DNA of 36,641 nt from a virus (IMGVR_UViG_3300044580_000418:1-36641); one strand, 5' to 3'. Positions 17,493 to 27,814 are shown, numbered from the stretch's first letter. Notes: generated by a model not told the origin, from the sequence alone. Numbers and translations: made by a program.

Positions 17493-17861
17493 CTATTTCC
17501 ATTTTCCATTTTTGAATAAAAAATCACGCCCGGCCCCGGGTGAAAACATTTCGAATATCCTTTCTTCATCAATCCTGAAAACAGCCTGGTACAGATATGA
17601 GGTACGAAACAGATCAGTAATTTCCCCAATCCTAAAAATCATTTCATTTTCGCCCAACATGCCCAGGTACTCAAGTTCGCGGCAGAAATGCCCCGACAAA
17701 TCGGTAAAATCGCCGGGATGTATTTTTTTGCGACAAATACTTACAGAAATGTGTTTCAACTCACTTTTGATAATGTCACGGTCAAAATGAATATACCCAC
17801 AGCCCTGGTTGTTCGAAAAAATTGTGAATCCTTCCATCTCTTGGCTACGATCTAATTTCAT
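17493..17861 (-). CDS. Hypothetical protein
   Basis: Operon-packed ORF. Confidence 0.55.
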   Translation of the reverse strand: MKLDRSQEMEGFTIFSNNQGCGYIHFDRDIIKSELKHISVSICRKKIHPGDFTDLSGHFCRELEYLGMLGENEMIFRIGEITDLFRTSYLYQAVFRIDEERIFEMFSPGAGRDFLFKNGKWK

Positions 17862-18318
17862 CTGGCATGTTGTACTTTATTTTGTCACTATTTCTCACAT
17901 AGAAAGTATTACCGCTGATTTTGAATGTGGAGAAATCATCGAATTTTACTTCCTGCTTAACAACCATTGAACAAACTTGCCGGTAATCAAACAACTTCAC
18001 CCTTTTGTCAAAACTTAAAAAATTTGCAAGCGTTGGAGTCGGGTAAATGCAGTTGTCAATAACATTATTTACAGCCTCTTTTAACCGTTGATCAGTAAAA
18101 CCTTTCTCTTTCAACCTTTCAATGAAAAGCTGGTAAAATTCAGGAGGTAATGATGGGAAAGCACCTTTTATTCTTGCTACACTTTTTACAATTGTTTCCG
18201 GATTTAACTCCCCGAAATAAACACTGATTTCATTATTCTCCGGAGATGGCACCTGATACGATGCTGGCAAGCTGTTCCCAACTTGTACCCTCTTTATGAT
18301 TTGATCTACCTTTTCCAT
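17845..18318 (-). CDS. Hypothetical protein, putative helicase-loader/initiator partner
   Basis: Follows the initiator; AFPSLPPEF...AVNNVIDNCIYPTPTLANFLSFDK. Confidence 0.6.
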   Translation of the reverse strand: MEKVDQIIKRVQVGNSLPASYQVPSPENNEISVYFGELNPETIVKSVARIKGAFPSLPPEFYQLFIERLKEKGFTDQRLKEAVNNVIDNCIYPTPTLANFLSFDKRVKLFDYRQVCSMVVKQEVKFDDFSTFKISGNTFYVRNSDKIKYNMPDEIRS

Positions 18319-19114
18319 TGTGCATTTTTAATTTGATTTTTGACATTTGTTCACGAAGCTTAGAAGTGCTGAGAATGTTCTGTTTCCAGAAAGTGTCTTT
18401 TTGCAGGAATTGATATACATCACGCAAATTCTGAATTGAATATTTATCCGTTTCGATCAGTAAACGGATATCATCTATCCAGGTTCCCTTAGCTTTATCA
18501 ACTATTGTTGTTGCACTTCCGGCATCAATAAGATTTCTTTTAAATAAAAGCTGAAATGATTTTGCAATTTCAAAGTATTCTGGTTTCAATTGAGGAAAGT
18601 CGGAAATTTTGATTTCCGACAAGAGAATATTCTTATATTCTCTATTTACTTTACTTTCCTTTACTTTACTATTGTCGCAACCTTCCGGAATTAACTTCGA
18701 TTCTTCCTGAATAATCTTATATTCTTCCTGAATAATCCTTATTTTTTCTGGAATTTTGCAATCATTTCTTTTTGCACGAATAGACATTTCAACAAATCTT
18801 TTTTGAATAGAAAGTGAAGTAAGTATCCTCCCACTTGAAAGCAGTGCCTTATTAAAAAGCCCCACCGAGCAGCAGTAGTTAACTATTTCATTCACCTGTG
18901 TTTCTTTCAATCCCCAGTAGTCGGCCACATCAAAGGCAGTATTTTCATCCCACTCAAGGAAACAGCCCTTTACCCGGTAGATTTCGTTTAAAATGTATTC
19001 GTATACAGCAAAACCATTGCAACCAAAATCTTTTTTAAGTCTTTTAATTTTTATGTCCTGAAACCGATCAGTATCAACATTGAAATAATTGAAACCTGTT
19101 TTGTTATTTGCCAT
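18233..19114 (-). CDS. DUF4373-type replication initiator
   Basis: Start placed at MANNKTGFNYF; LTSLSIQKRF, SKVKESKV linker, FWKQNILSTSKLR. Confidence 0.85.
   Translation of the reverse strand: MANNKTGFNYFNVDTDRFQDIKIKRLKKDFGCNGFAVYEYILNEIYRVKGCFLEWDENTAFDVADYWGLKETQVNEIVNYCCSVGLFNKALLSSGRILTSLSIQKRFVEMSIRAKRNDCKIPEKIRIIQEEYKIIQEESKLIPEGCDNSKVKESKVNREYKNILLSEIKISDFPQLKPEYFEIAKSFQLLFKRNLIDAGSATTIVDKAKGTWIDDIRLLIETDKYSIQNLRDVYQFLQKDTFWKQNILSTSKLREQMSKIKLKMHNGKGRSNHKEGTSWEQLASIVSGAISGE
18599..18757. repeat. Putative replication origin: iterons and palindrome within the initiator gene
   Basis: Four copies of about CTTCCTGAATAAT at 21-bp period (18682, 18703, 18724, 18745); TTTAC repeats; GTCGGAAAT-TTTG-ATTTCCGAC. 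Confidence 0.65.
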
Positions 19115-19562
19115 CAAATGAGTTTTTAACCAGTTCCAAAAATTGTTTCCCTGTTTTCTCAGCTTCCATAACCCAGCTGAATATTTCTCTGTCAGTTGAA
19201 TCATAGATTGCGTGAAATAAATATCCTGGAAATGAAACATACATTTTTCTGAAGGTTCCACCATATGATTTACATATTCGAATATTGCCGTATGGTAATC
19301 TTAATTCTTCCCTGAATGAAGTAATCCTTTCCAATTCATAATGGCAATGTTCACATAGAGTTATAAGGTCTGAATTTAAATATTCCCATGGCTCTTTTCC
19401 TGAAACATACTTCTTATGATGTACCTGTAACGATGTCTCGGTATCACCACATGCCAGACACTTAAACCCGTCACGTTGCATGATTTCCAGTCGTTTTTTT
19501 TGCCAGCGTGGGTCTTTCAGCTTTTCAGCATAGGATTTTTTGTTGTCTGAATTGTTACGCAT
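19104..19562 (-). CDS. HNH endonuclease-like protein
   Basis: PRWQKKRLEIMQRDGFKCLACG...VHH...LITLCEHCH. Confidence 0.88.
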   Translation of the reverse strand: MRNNSDNKKSYAEKLKDPRWQKKRLEIMQRDGFKCLACGDTETSLQVHHKKYVSGKEPWEYLNSDLITLCEHCHYELERITSFREELRLPYGNIRICKSYGGTFRKMYVSFPGYLFHAIYDSTDREIFSWVMEAEKTGKQFLELVKNSFDGK

Positions 19563-19583
19563 TATTTCATAGTATTTTTCTGA

Positions 19584-19907
19584 TTAAATGCCATATCCCG
19601 CCATTTTTAACTTATTTATAGCCCTGTTGGCCTTTTCAATAAAACCTTTGTCGGTCTGTAAAAGGTTGCTTACTGTTCTGTCGGCATGCAAGGCCGTGGC
19701 GTGGTCTTTTCCATATAAACCACCGGCCTGCTTCTGGGTATAACCCATGAACTTCATTTGGTACCACATACAAAACTGTCGTGCCTCGACCTGCGGCCTG
19801 AACCTCCGAGCGGCTTTGATCCCTTCGACAGGCACCCCGAATTCGGCAGATACTATTTCATCAAAGCTCCGCTTTATCCCAGGGATAATGTAGGCTGATA
19901 GTTTCAT
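19584..19907 (-). CDS. DnaA C-terminal-like HTH protein
   Basis: VEARQFCMW...GKDHATALHA; start placed at MKLSAY. Confidence 0.82.
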   Translation of the reverse strand: MKLSAYIIPGIKRSFDEIVSAEFGVPVEGIKAARRFRPQVEARQFCMWYQMKFMGYTQKQAGGLYGKDHATALHADRTVSNLLQTDKGFIEKANRAINKLKMAGYGI

Positions 19908-19940
19908 TATTTGAATTCTGATTTCAAACAACTACCTGGG

Positions 19941-20183
19941 TCATCTTCTGTCGGTATCACGCTGCGGCATACAATGCCTGCACCCGTTGTATCCTTTTTG
20001 TAAGAGCCTGTGCAAGCCCTTTTCGGATACAAACCGCTGGTTATGCTTCATAAAATCCTTGAAGCATTTACAGTTCGATTCGACACGGTGGATTTCTTTC
20101 GTGCGGATGTTGGCCACGTAATCGAGGCCCAGCAGGATTTGCCACCAGTTCCTGCGTACTCCTTTTTTTGCTTTTGTTGTCAT
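19941..20183 (-). CDS. Small putative metal-binding protein
   Basis: EIHR...C...GYNGCRHCMP. Confidence 0.6.
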   Translation of the reverse strand: MTTKAKKGVRRNWWQILLGLDYVANIRTKEIHRVESNCKCFKDFMKHNQRFVSEKGLHRLLQKGYNGCRHCMPQRDTDRR

Positions 20184-20186
20184 TAT

Positions 20187-21839
20187 TCAGTTAATGTTAT
20201 ACTTCTGGTTAAAAAGTTCAATGATTGAATCCATGATGCTTTCTTCCACATCATCCTTTGCTCCGGTTACCAGGTTGCTCATGTTGCGCTTTTCATCGAT
20301 CAGCTTGTAAACCCATTCATCGATTGTATCGCGACCGATGAAGTAAATGCAGTTCACATGGTCTTTCTGACCAATACGGTGTGCCCGGTCTTCTGCCTGC
20401 TCCATAATTGCCGGGTGCCATCCCATCTCGATAAACCCGACTGTGGACGATGCTGTAAGGGTAATACCCACACCGGCTGCAGCAATGGAGCAAACAATCA
20501 GGTTCACCCCGGGATCATTCTGAAAGCGATCTATGGCGTTCTGGCGCTCCGTGATGGAATCTTCGCCGGTGATGCTGACTGCCGGAAATTTCTTTTTGAT
20601 GGCTCCCAGTACCTCACGGAGATGTCCGAACAGGATCAACTTTTCGCCGTTGTCGAGTGTGTCGCGGATCCACTCATAGCAAGCTTCAAGTTTCCCCCGG
20701 GCAGAAATGTTTTTCAGGATACCGATACGTACCATCACTTCGCCACGCATTGACCGGGCCACCTGGTCGTCGGTTGCCTGCCGGTACTTCTTTAGGTAGT
20801 CGGCCAAATCGGCCAGGGCGTCGGTGTATTCCTTCCGTGTTGTAATATCGCACATCACCACTTGCCGGGTTTTGGGAGGCAGGTCGGTTGCTTCGGACTT
20901 ATCGCGCCGGTAAAAGCAGTTCGATTTCAGCTTGTATTGCAGCTCTAACAGTGCTGGTTTCCCCGGGTTTTCGTAACGGTCCATGAAATGTTTCCATCCT
21001 CCAAAGTCACCGAGACGGCCAATGATAGCCAATTGTGAAGCCAGGTCAGCAGGTTTATTGACTACGGGTGTACCGGTCAGGGCAAGTACCCACTCTTTTT
21101 TGTCGGCAATGGCCCGGGTGAATTTCGTTTGCTGTGCTTTCGGATCCTTCACGCGGTGGGCCTCGTCGATGATAACCGACTTGAAAAAGTCTTTGTTGCC
21201 GTTGAAAGTTATATCGCGCAGGGTGAGTTTCTTCGTGTCTTTTGGCATTTCGGCCACAAAGTATTTTTTCAGGCTTTCATAATTCACAATGAAAACCTTT
21301 GCCAGTCCGGAATCATAGAAATACTTAAACGTCCTTTTTACATTGTCGGAAAGAATCAGAGCTTTGTGTTTTGTCCATGTTCTCCATTCACGTTCCCAGT
21401 TTAATTTCAGCGATGCCGGGCAAATCACCAGGCAGGGGAAAGCTTCTGCAGCTGTAATGGCTGCAATGGCCTGGATTGTTTTTCCAAGGCCCATCTGGTC
21501 GCCTACGATCAATTTTTTCTTTTGAAGGATGTAGGCCACCCCCGAACGCTGAAAATCGAACATACGTCCTTTCAGGGGAATATCAACCGTTAATTCTGGA
21601 AGCAATACCTCCGGATAGTCGGTCTCATAAACGGGAGCCTCCGCCACCGGAACGTCAAGCGTAAACCGGTGGGCAGAAGCAAAATTTTCAACCTCCTGTT
21701 TGTGCCGGGCTGGTACGGTCCATGCTTTCAGTTCCGGGTTCCACCGTCGCTCGGGCAATTCTTTCACCTTATCGACCAGCGAGGGCAGGTACTGAAAGCG
21801 GATCACGTAGAGGTTTCTATTCAGGGTTATCAGGCGCAT
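20187..21839 (-). CDS. SNF2-family helicase/annealase (HARP/SMARCAL1-like)
   Basis: RRWNPELKAW, DQMGLGKT, DEAH, LTGTP, QAEDRAHRIGQ. Confidence 0.95.
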   Translation of the reverse strand: MRLITLNRNLYVIRFQYLPSLVDKVKELPERRWNPELKAWTVPARHKQEVENFASAHRFTLDVPVAEAPVYETDYPEVLLPELTVDIPLKGRMFDFQRSGVAYILQKKKLIVGDQMGLGKTIQAIAAITAAEAFPCLVICPASLKLNWEREWRTWTKHKALILSDNVKRTFKYFYDSGLAKVFIVNYESLKKYFVAEMPKDTKKLTLRDITFNGNKDFFKSVIIDEAHRVKDPKAQQTKFTRAIADKKEWVLALTGTPVVNKPADLASQLAIIGRLGDFGGWKHFMDRYENPGKPALLELQYKLKSNCFYRRDKSEATDLPPKTRQVVMCDITTRKEYTDALADLADYLKKYRQATDDQVARSMRGEVMVRIGILKNISARGKLEACYEWIRDTLDNGEKLILFGHLREVLGAIKKKFPAVSITGEDSITERQNAIDRFQNDPGVNLIVCSIAAAGVGITLTASSTVGFIEMGWHPAIMEQAEDRAHRIGQKDHVNCIYFIGRDTIDEWVYKLIDEKRNMSNLVTGAKDDVEESIMDSIIELFNQKYNIN

Positions 21840-21840
21840 A

Positions 21841-22377
21841 TCAGAACAATGTTCCGTTCAGGATTATTGGCATTACATAAGCGACCTGGTCTTCCCAGGC
21901 CGGAACATCGCACAGCATCCCTTTATCGACACCGGCAAACCTGATTCTTACCTGGTCGCCGTTGTAAAGGGCTTTGCTGATAATTTCAAAGGACTTGGGA
22001 TTGACACCAATAAAATCAACTCCCCTTGCAGAAAACTGATTAATGACTTTTTCAAAGTCGGGAACTTCCTGTCCTTTCCTGTCGAAGTATTCAAAGAATG
22101 CTGACCGGCCGTCTTTGTTCCGGCAATAAATTCCATCTTCATTAGCAGTAGCAATTTCAAACTGCATGATGTTTGCGAAGTTCTCGCGGTGGATACTTTT
22201 CCCATCGAGGTTTTCAGGTTCTAAAACCGAGTGATAACTCAGTGATTGCTTGATAACAAGATTTCCGTTGCTGGCAAAAGCAAAACCGTTTTCAAAGTGG
22301 ATACACCCGAGTATTGGCCGGTTTTCGTCAGTGCTGCAAGCAAGGTTCAGCTTTGTATTGAAATTGTATTTGTCCAT
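21841..22377 (-). CDS. Sliding-clamp (DNA pol III beta)-like protein
   Basis: DENRPILGCIHF, ASNG, PDFEKVI, VMPI motifs. Confidence 0.6.
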   Translation of the reverse strand: MDKYNFNTKLNLACSTDENRPILGCIHFENGFAFASNGNLVIKQSLSYHSVLEPENLDGKSIHRENFANIMQFEIATANEDGIYCRNKDGRSAFFEYFDRKGQEVPDFEKVINQFSARGVDFIGVNPKSFEIISKALYNGDQVRIRFAGVDKGMLCDVPAWEDQVAYVMPIILNGTLF

Positions 22378-22624
22378 TTTGTTTTTCAGTTATTTGTTTC
22401 TCATAAATTGATCGTTCGCTGTCAATCACCTGGTAATTGCAGTTTTCGGGTTCTTCCTCGCGGAGTTCCCGGAGACGGCGCAGAATAGTGCCATCCATGA
22501 GGTAAGCCCTGCCGGTAAGTTGACGGACCAACTGGCAAAGCCTTATGGAGAGAAATTTTGTGTCCATTGACCGGAATGCCATCCGGGTGGCATCCTTAAC
22601 GGTGATAAGTGATTTGCGTGTCAT
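22328..22624 (-). CDS. Hypothetical protein
   Basis: DGTILRRLRELRE; operon-packed. Confidence 0.6.
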   Translation of the reverse strand: MTRKSLITVKDATRMAFRSMDTKFLSIRLCQLVRQLTGRAYLMDGTILRRLRELREEEPENCNYQVIDSERSIYEKQITEKQNGQIQFQYKAEPCLQH

Positions 22625-23034
22625 AGCCTGTCTTTGTAGGTTTCATAAAAAATTTCCCAAATCTGGTCTTCAGGATTTGGGAGTTTAATACCCAGCTCGG
22701 CATTGACAAAAACCTGAATCTTATCGAGATATTCGGTGAATTGTTTTGTATCGAGACTGGTAGTTGAAACTGGGTGCTCCACCACTTCATCGAAAAAATG
22801 TCCCGACTTTTTCGGCAGGTACATTTTTGAAAATTCGCGGTGAAGAATGTCCTTATCGTTACCGGTTTCGTTATGGATACAGGTAAGCCATAGCCAGTAC
22901 AAGCTATTTTGACTGATGGTCCTTTTCTGGCGCTTTTGTGTAATGTTCACGTCGAATTGTTTCCCGTCGGGCAACTTCGTTACATACGTGGCCACGGCCT
23001 CCCTGTCTCTTTTATTTCTTATCCGCAGTAACAT
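22621..23034 (-). CDS. NinB/YbcN-like recombination protein
   Basis: KRTISQNSLYW...H...STTSLDTKQFTEYLDKI...GIKLP. Confidence 0.8.
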   Translation of the reverse strand: MLLRIRNKRDREAVATYVTKLPDGKQFDVNITQKRQKRTISQNSLYWLWLTCIHNETGNDKDILHREFSKMYLPKKSGHFFDEVVEHPVSTTSLDTKQFTEYLDKIQVFVNAELGIKLPNPEDQIWEIFYETYKDRL

Positions 23035-23046
23035 CTTTGTGTTGAT

Positions 23047-24573
23047 TTAGGCAAATACTTCAACTGCTTTTCCCTTGGTGCGCTCAGTACCTTTCCGCTT
23101 CGAATCGGTCTTTCCCGGAAGTGCCCAACCTTTGATTTTTGCTACCCTGAGGTTAAACTCCATCCATACATTTTCATCCACAAACTCAAAATGCATTGTG
23201 CCTTTCTTATAACCTCGAACCCTAAAGAATTCGTTCCACTGCACCCACTGGCCCCACGGAGTTTTATTGTGGCTGAAAAAATTATACAACGTTTTATTAC
23301 AGATGCCTCCTTGATTGTAGCGATCAGTATATTCCATGTTCATCACCTGATCGTAGTTCTTGGCCGTAACGAAGCAAAGGGCCTTCACAACATCATCGAT
23401 CAGGGATTCGCGTGACCCGATCCGGATATTTACATGCTGAGAAGGCCAGCGGGAGTCAAACTCACACATCCAGGGATTAATGAAACGGCGGTTGATCTTA
23501 TAGCTGCTATTGGTCTTCCATTTCTCACCGGCTTCGCTGTTGTCAGCCGAAAGACTACAAATTCGGTCAAAGACCTCGACAAGTACCCGGTCCATCCTTC
23601 CGGAGTGGGTTCCGAAAATAAGTTCAAGCATCCTGAATATGTTGGTCATAGTGAAAGGTACCTGCTGCTGCTGTTCAACGAACTTATTGATATCTGCCAT
23701 CACCCCCGAGGTAACATACTTTTGCATGTTCATTTTATCAAAGATTGAGCGCCAGGCTGATTTCTGAAGCTCCCTTTTGAATACTTCGCGCGTAATGGTG
23801 GAGTGTTGTACACCCCGGGAGGTATATGTCTGGTATGCTCCAAATGCAATCCCCAGTCCGTTCGAAATAGGAGAAATTAGATTGTTGATCGTTGAATTAC
23901 TTTCAATCACTGAATCGAACATCTTGACACCTGCGACATACCGATTTACTATTTCCCGGATATCATTGTGTTTCATAATGCCGGATCCATTGACGGTTTC
24001 TTCCTGATCATCATTCATGTCGAAAAAGTATCCATCAAATTCCTGGTCACCGGATTTTGGTTTGAATAGGTGAACGAGGGCGACCTCTACATCGGTTGTC
24101 CTTTCTGCCCGGCTGAAAACATTGCCGATATTCCGGTAGTGGCCGCTTTTTTCAATCAGGTCACTAAATGTTGTGCGCCTTACAGAGTAGCGGTTCTTTA
24201 TCGTTTCAGAATTACAAAGTGCCACAATCTGACATCCACCGGGAGCGATATCCCAGGCATGCTGAATATGCCTGTCAGCATTACTGAATGGAGGATTCAT
24301 GACAATGTAGTCAACATGTGAAATGTCTTCGGCTACAACATCGAAAAAATCATTCTTCAGAAACTTGTCCGCTTTTGACGCTGTAATTCTTGCCAGATCA
24401 GGATGTTTTTCACATGCTATCGTTTTTGCCCCCATATTCGTTAGGGAGCTTAGAATATTACCTGACCCGGCTGATGGTTCAAGAACTGTTTTCCCGGCCA
24501 TATCCAGATCATTGATCATCATCTCGATAACAGCAGGTGGAGTGGGATAAAAATCAGCGTTGAACAGGCTCAT
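23047..24573 (-). CDS. DUF4942-type adenine methyltransferase-like protein
   Basis: Start placed at MSLFNADFYPTP; VLEPSAGSG, IVMNPPF, C-terminal GYKKGTMHFEF. Confidence 0.88.
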   Translation of the reverse strand: MSLFNADFYPTPPAVIEMMINDLDMAGKTVLEPSAGSGNILSSLTNMGAKTIACEKHPDLARITASKADKFLKNDFFDVVAEDISHVDYIVMNPPFSNADRHIQHAWDIAPGGCQIVALCNSETIKNRYSVRRTTFSDLIEKSGHYRNIGNVFSRAERTTDVEVALVHLFKPKSGDQEFDGYFFDMNDDQEETVNGSGIMKHNDIREIVNRYVAGVKMFDSVIESNSTINNLISPISNGLGIAFGAYQTYTSRGVQHSTITREVFKRELQKSAWRSIFDKMNMQKYVTSGVMADINKFVEQQQQVPFTMTNIFRMLELIFGTHSGRMDRVLVEVFDRICSLSADNSEAGEKWKTNSSYKINRRFINPWMCEFDSRWPSQHVNIRIGSRESLIDDVVKALCFVTAKNYDQVMNMEYTDRYNQGGICNKTLYNFFSHNKTPWGQWVQWNEFFRVRGYKKGTMHFEFVDENVWMEFNLRVAKIKGWALPGKTDSKRKGTERTKGKAVEVFA

Positions 24574-25334
24574 AACCCGGGGTCTGCATCGGTGAAACAA
24601 TTGCCGGAGGCATCGCAATACAGGTCAGCAAACCGTTCCATTTGCTGCTGTTGAATTGATTTGTTCTGTTGCGCAGGAGATGATTTTGTCAATGCACTCT
24701 TATCCTCACCGAAAAGGTTATTCCAGTGATAGGCCAATTTCAGAAACTTATACATTCCCGACTGGTATAGTTCAGATTTCCGGTTGATGAAAACCTTGAA
24801 GACTTTGAAATTTACCTTTGAAATGCCAATCAGAACATCCTTTTCGGCGTCGGCAATGGTCATATAAACTGCCCGCTGCCGGTCGTACTCAAAGTGCGTT
24901 ATACTGGCTTCAAACTGGCCCTGGGTAGTTGCTGTGGTGCTTTTCAGATCGGCTCCGTGGGCCAGTGCCGGGAACCAGAAATCCCATTTGCAGCGCATGT
25001 TCAGGAAGAAATCAATACCATGAAAGCTGAGTTCAAGCCTTCGGGCCATCACCTTTTGTGGCTGTGATATGTCGAGAAGCTTCACACAGAAATCATCGGT
25101 CAGGAAGGCGCGTTTCATCTTTTCAGCACGTTCAAAATCTTCCGAGGAAAATTGGTCGCCATCGAGCCGCCGGGTGAGAAAATTCACCCGGGCTGGCTCT
25201 GTGATCATGGCATCAATCAGGCTACCCATCCGGTAGGCCTGTGTAGGGTCGGGCATTTCGCGCGGATATAGCTGGTTTTGCAGCCACGACAGGTCAGAGT
25301 TGCTGACTTCGGTTCGTGAATAATAGGTATCCAT
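24570..25334 (-). CDS. PD-(D/E)XK exonuclease (RecE/DUF3799-like)
   Basis: VSNSDL, GSLIDA, RCKWD, DLKST, YDRQRAVY. Confidence 0.85.
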   Translation of the reverse strand: MDTYYSRTEVSNSDLSWLQNQLYPREMPDPTQAYRMGSLIDAMITEPARVNFLTRRLDGDQFSSEDFERAEKMKRAFLTDDFCVKLLDISQPQKVMARRLELSFHGIDFFLNMRCKWDFWFPALAHGADLKSTTATTQGQFEASITHFEYDRQRAVYMTIADAEKDVLIGISKVNFKVFKVFINRKSELYQSGMYKFLKLAYHWNNLFGEDKSALTKSSPAQQNKSIQQQQMERFADLYCDASGNCFTDADPGL

Positions 25335-25335
25335 G

Positions 25336-26532
25336 TTACTTTGCTTTGTAGATTTCTTTGTACTGGATCAGGTTCGATGAAATCTTCTCATCATTCTTAA
25401 TTGCCCAGCTTTCACAGAAGGTTTTCATCCGGCCAATGGTCATTTTTTCGATCTTGTCGGTCGGCCATTCCCGGCCTTCCTTCTCGAACCAGAACTGGAA
25501 AATCAATGCATAAGCCACCGGGTTCTTGATGATGATCTCGTATGCCTCTTTGGCTTTGGGAGCATCGTTTGTGATGTCGGCCTGCGCGTCGATGGTTGCC
25601 TGGAGGCTGGCTGCTGCTGCCCTTGCTGCTGCTTCATCGGCTGCCCGCTGTGCAGCTTCGGCTGCTTCACGTGCTGCCATTTCCTCTGCTGACTTCCGTC
25701 GTGCTTCGGCTTCGGCTTTCAGTCGCTGAGCTTCCTCTGCTGATGCTTTCTGAATTTCTTCAAGCTCTGCAACCTTGCTCTCTATTTTGTCGATCAGTTC
25801 ACGTTTGAGGACATTGACCTCATTCTGATATGTAAGGTTGTATTCAGGGTAAGTACCGGCCATAATATTTTTTGTAATTTCTTTGACCTGATCAGCCGGT
25901 AAAATCAGAGATGCAGGTGGGGTGAAAGATGCAAATGTTGACTTTTCCATTTTTGCAGGAAACCCGGCAATACTGTCCCGAGACCTATCGATGGAATCAA
26001 GGTCCATATTTTCAAGTGTGCCTATCAAGGTGTTCTTTGCCCTGGAAAGTATTATACTGAAATGTTCGGCAATGCTGCACTCGATTTTCTGGGTGATATT
26101 GACAACCTCTTTTTCATAAGCCAGCTTTGCAGCTGCCTCCCGTTCACGGCGCTTTTGCTCTTCGATTTTGGCCGTTGCAAACTGGTTGCGCCATGCCTGA
26201 ACCTCTGCGAAAATGTTTTCCTTGCCGGTGGGTGCGATGTCGGCCTCCAGGGCTGTGAAGCGCTTTTTCACTTCATCGACTATCTGGGTGAAGGGTTTCC
26301 GGCGTTCGCTGATGGTCTTATATGTTGTCCGGAGTTTTTCAAGGTAACCGGACATCAGCTGGTCCAGGTCACCGGTCATCCCGTGGCTTTCGGCCTGGGC
26401 AATAAGTTTCTGGCCATAAGAAACCGCATTGTCGCGGCTCAGCGTGTTTTTCTCCAGTATGGCCGGGGCTTCGTTGACAATGTTCACCAGTTCGGGAACA
26501 TTGATTGCGGGTAGTGTTGATGTATTTTCCAT
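25336..26532 (-). CDS. Coiled-coil protein of the recombination module
   Basis: ERRKPFTQ motif and Ala/Glu-rich helices; lies between RecT and the exonuclease. Confidence 0.7.
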   Translation of the reverse strand: MENTSTLPAINVPELVNIVNEAPAILEKNTLSRDNAVSYGQKLIAQAESHGMTGDLDQLMSGYLEKLRTTYKTISERRKPFTQIVDEVKKRFTALEADIAPTGKENIFAEVQAWRNQFATAKIEEQKRREREAAAKLAYEKEVVNITQKIECSIAEHFSIILSRAKNTLIGTLENMDLDSIDRSRDSIAGFPAKMEKSTFASFTPPASLILPADQVKEITKNIMAGTYPEYNLTYQNEVNVLKRELIDKIESKVAELEEIQKASAEEAQRLKAEAEARRKSAEEMAAREAAEAAQRAADEAAARAAAASLQATIDAQADITNDAPKAKEAYEIIIKNPVAYALIFQFWFEKEGREWPTDKIEKMTIGRMKTFCESWAIKNDEKISSNLIQYKEIYKAK

Positions 26533-26543
26533 GATCAATGAAT

Positions 26544-27422
26544 TTAAAAAGGTTCATCAGTTTTGAGTTCTACCTTTGCAGCGCTCGGCTGTGCAGGCTG
26601 GACAGGTTCCCCAAAGGGCTGTTTGTTTTCGGTGTCGTTCGCTTCGGGTTCATCATCGAAAGCGACATTCTCGCCGATCCGTAATTTTGTGTAGGCACGC
26701 ATGGCGTGTTTGATGGTCTTTGCTTCAAGAAAACCGGGATCAATCCCACCGTTCTCGGAACTGTAGAGAGGATTGGTGTAACTGCCATTTTGCGTCTTGG
26801 TTGTTGCATACTTCTTCAACCGGTCATAGTCGTCTTCCAACAGCCACTTGAAATCGGATGAACCATCGGGCAGGAGAATCCTCACATAAGCACCAATAAT
26901 CTTTTTCGATTTCCGGGGAATGGCAGGTGTGTACTTCACGATCAGGACTCCGTTGTCGTTGGTTGTAGGCTGGAAAAAATCGCCTTCATACAAAACCACC
27001 GGGTTCATCATCCGGACAATCTGACCGGCCATTATACGGAGGTTCAGTTCCCCATAAGCAGTAATCCGGAGGAATGCGGTTTGAACGTATACCGGATTTT
27101 CCCTGGTACCCCCTGCTTTGGTCCCTCTGGCTTCGAGGTATGCCTCTGATTTGCTCCCGGGTTGGATTGACAGCCCGTTTATTGCAATCTCAAGGAAAAC
27201 AGAATACAGACTCAAGCGGGTGCATTGCTTCAGTTTTTCATCGGCAGAAACCGCCTTTTTGTAATACATGGCTTCGCGTTCGTAAACCATTGCGGCGTCG
27301 GTTTCGCTTTTCCCGTGAATTTTTGCAAAGGTTCGGATGAAGTTTTCTCTGACGGCTTCATCATCGACCAGCCTGATAGGATCGAGCTGGTTTAGTTGAT
27401 CGTAATTCAATTTTTTTTCCAT
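26544..27422 (-). CDS. recT: RecT-like single-strand annealing protein
   Basis: CTRLSL...AINGLS, ITAYGEL, VLYEGDFF, KTIKHA, acidic tail ending DEPF. Confidence 0.8.
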   Translation of the reverse strand: MEKKLNYDQLNQLDPIRLVDDEAVRENFIRTFAKIHGKSETDAAMVYEREAMYYKKAVSADEKLKQCTRLSLYSVFLEIAINGLSIQPGSKSEAYLEARGTKAGGTRENPVYVQTAFLRITAYGELNLRIMAGQIVRMMNPVVLYEGDFFQPTTNDNGVLIVKYTPAIPRKSKKIIGAYVRILLPDGSSDFKWLLEDDYDRLKKYATTKTQNGSYTNPLYSSENGGIDPGFLEAKTIKHAMRAYTKLRIGENVAFDDEPEANDTENKQPFGEPVQPAQPSAAKVELKTDEPF

Positions 27423-27479
27423 ACATTTGTGGTATTAAAGTGTTTATACTGGCCGTTACCTGTTAGCCCGGGTAGCGGC

Positions 27480-27731
27480 TTATTTTTCATATTTCTTGTC
27501 AAAACCAAAGTTGCCGGGGAAACTCCTGTATGCATTCCGTCGCCCTTCATTCCTGATTTCAATAAGGACTTTGATAACCGGTATCGCCATTGCAAGGATG
27601 CAGAATATGGCGATGAACGCGGTGACTATCCGAAAAGGAGGAAAGGAGTACAGACAGTAACCGATTGCAGTACCGGCAATTGATCCGGTGGTGACTCCGG
27701 CCCATGCGATTATTTTTTCTTTTCTGTTCAT
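27480..27731 (-). CDS. Small membrane protein
   Basis: Two hydrophobic segments. Confidence 0.6.
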   Translation of the reverse strand: MNRKEKIIAWAGVTTGSIAGTAIGYCLYSFPPFRIVTAFIAIFCILAMAIPVIKVLIEIRNEGRRNAYRSFPGNFGFDKKYEK

Positions 27732-27814
27732 TTTCTTAAATTTTCATGTTCCACAGTTTGATTTTCCTGCTGGTTTTGCTTTTCAGTCATCTCTTTTGTT
27801 TTGGAATTTGTTTG

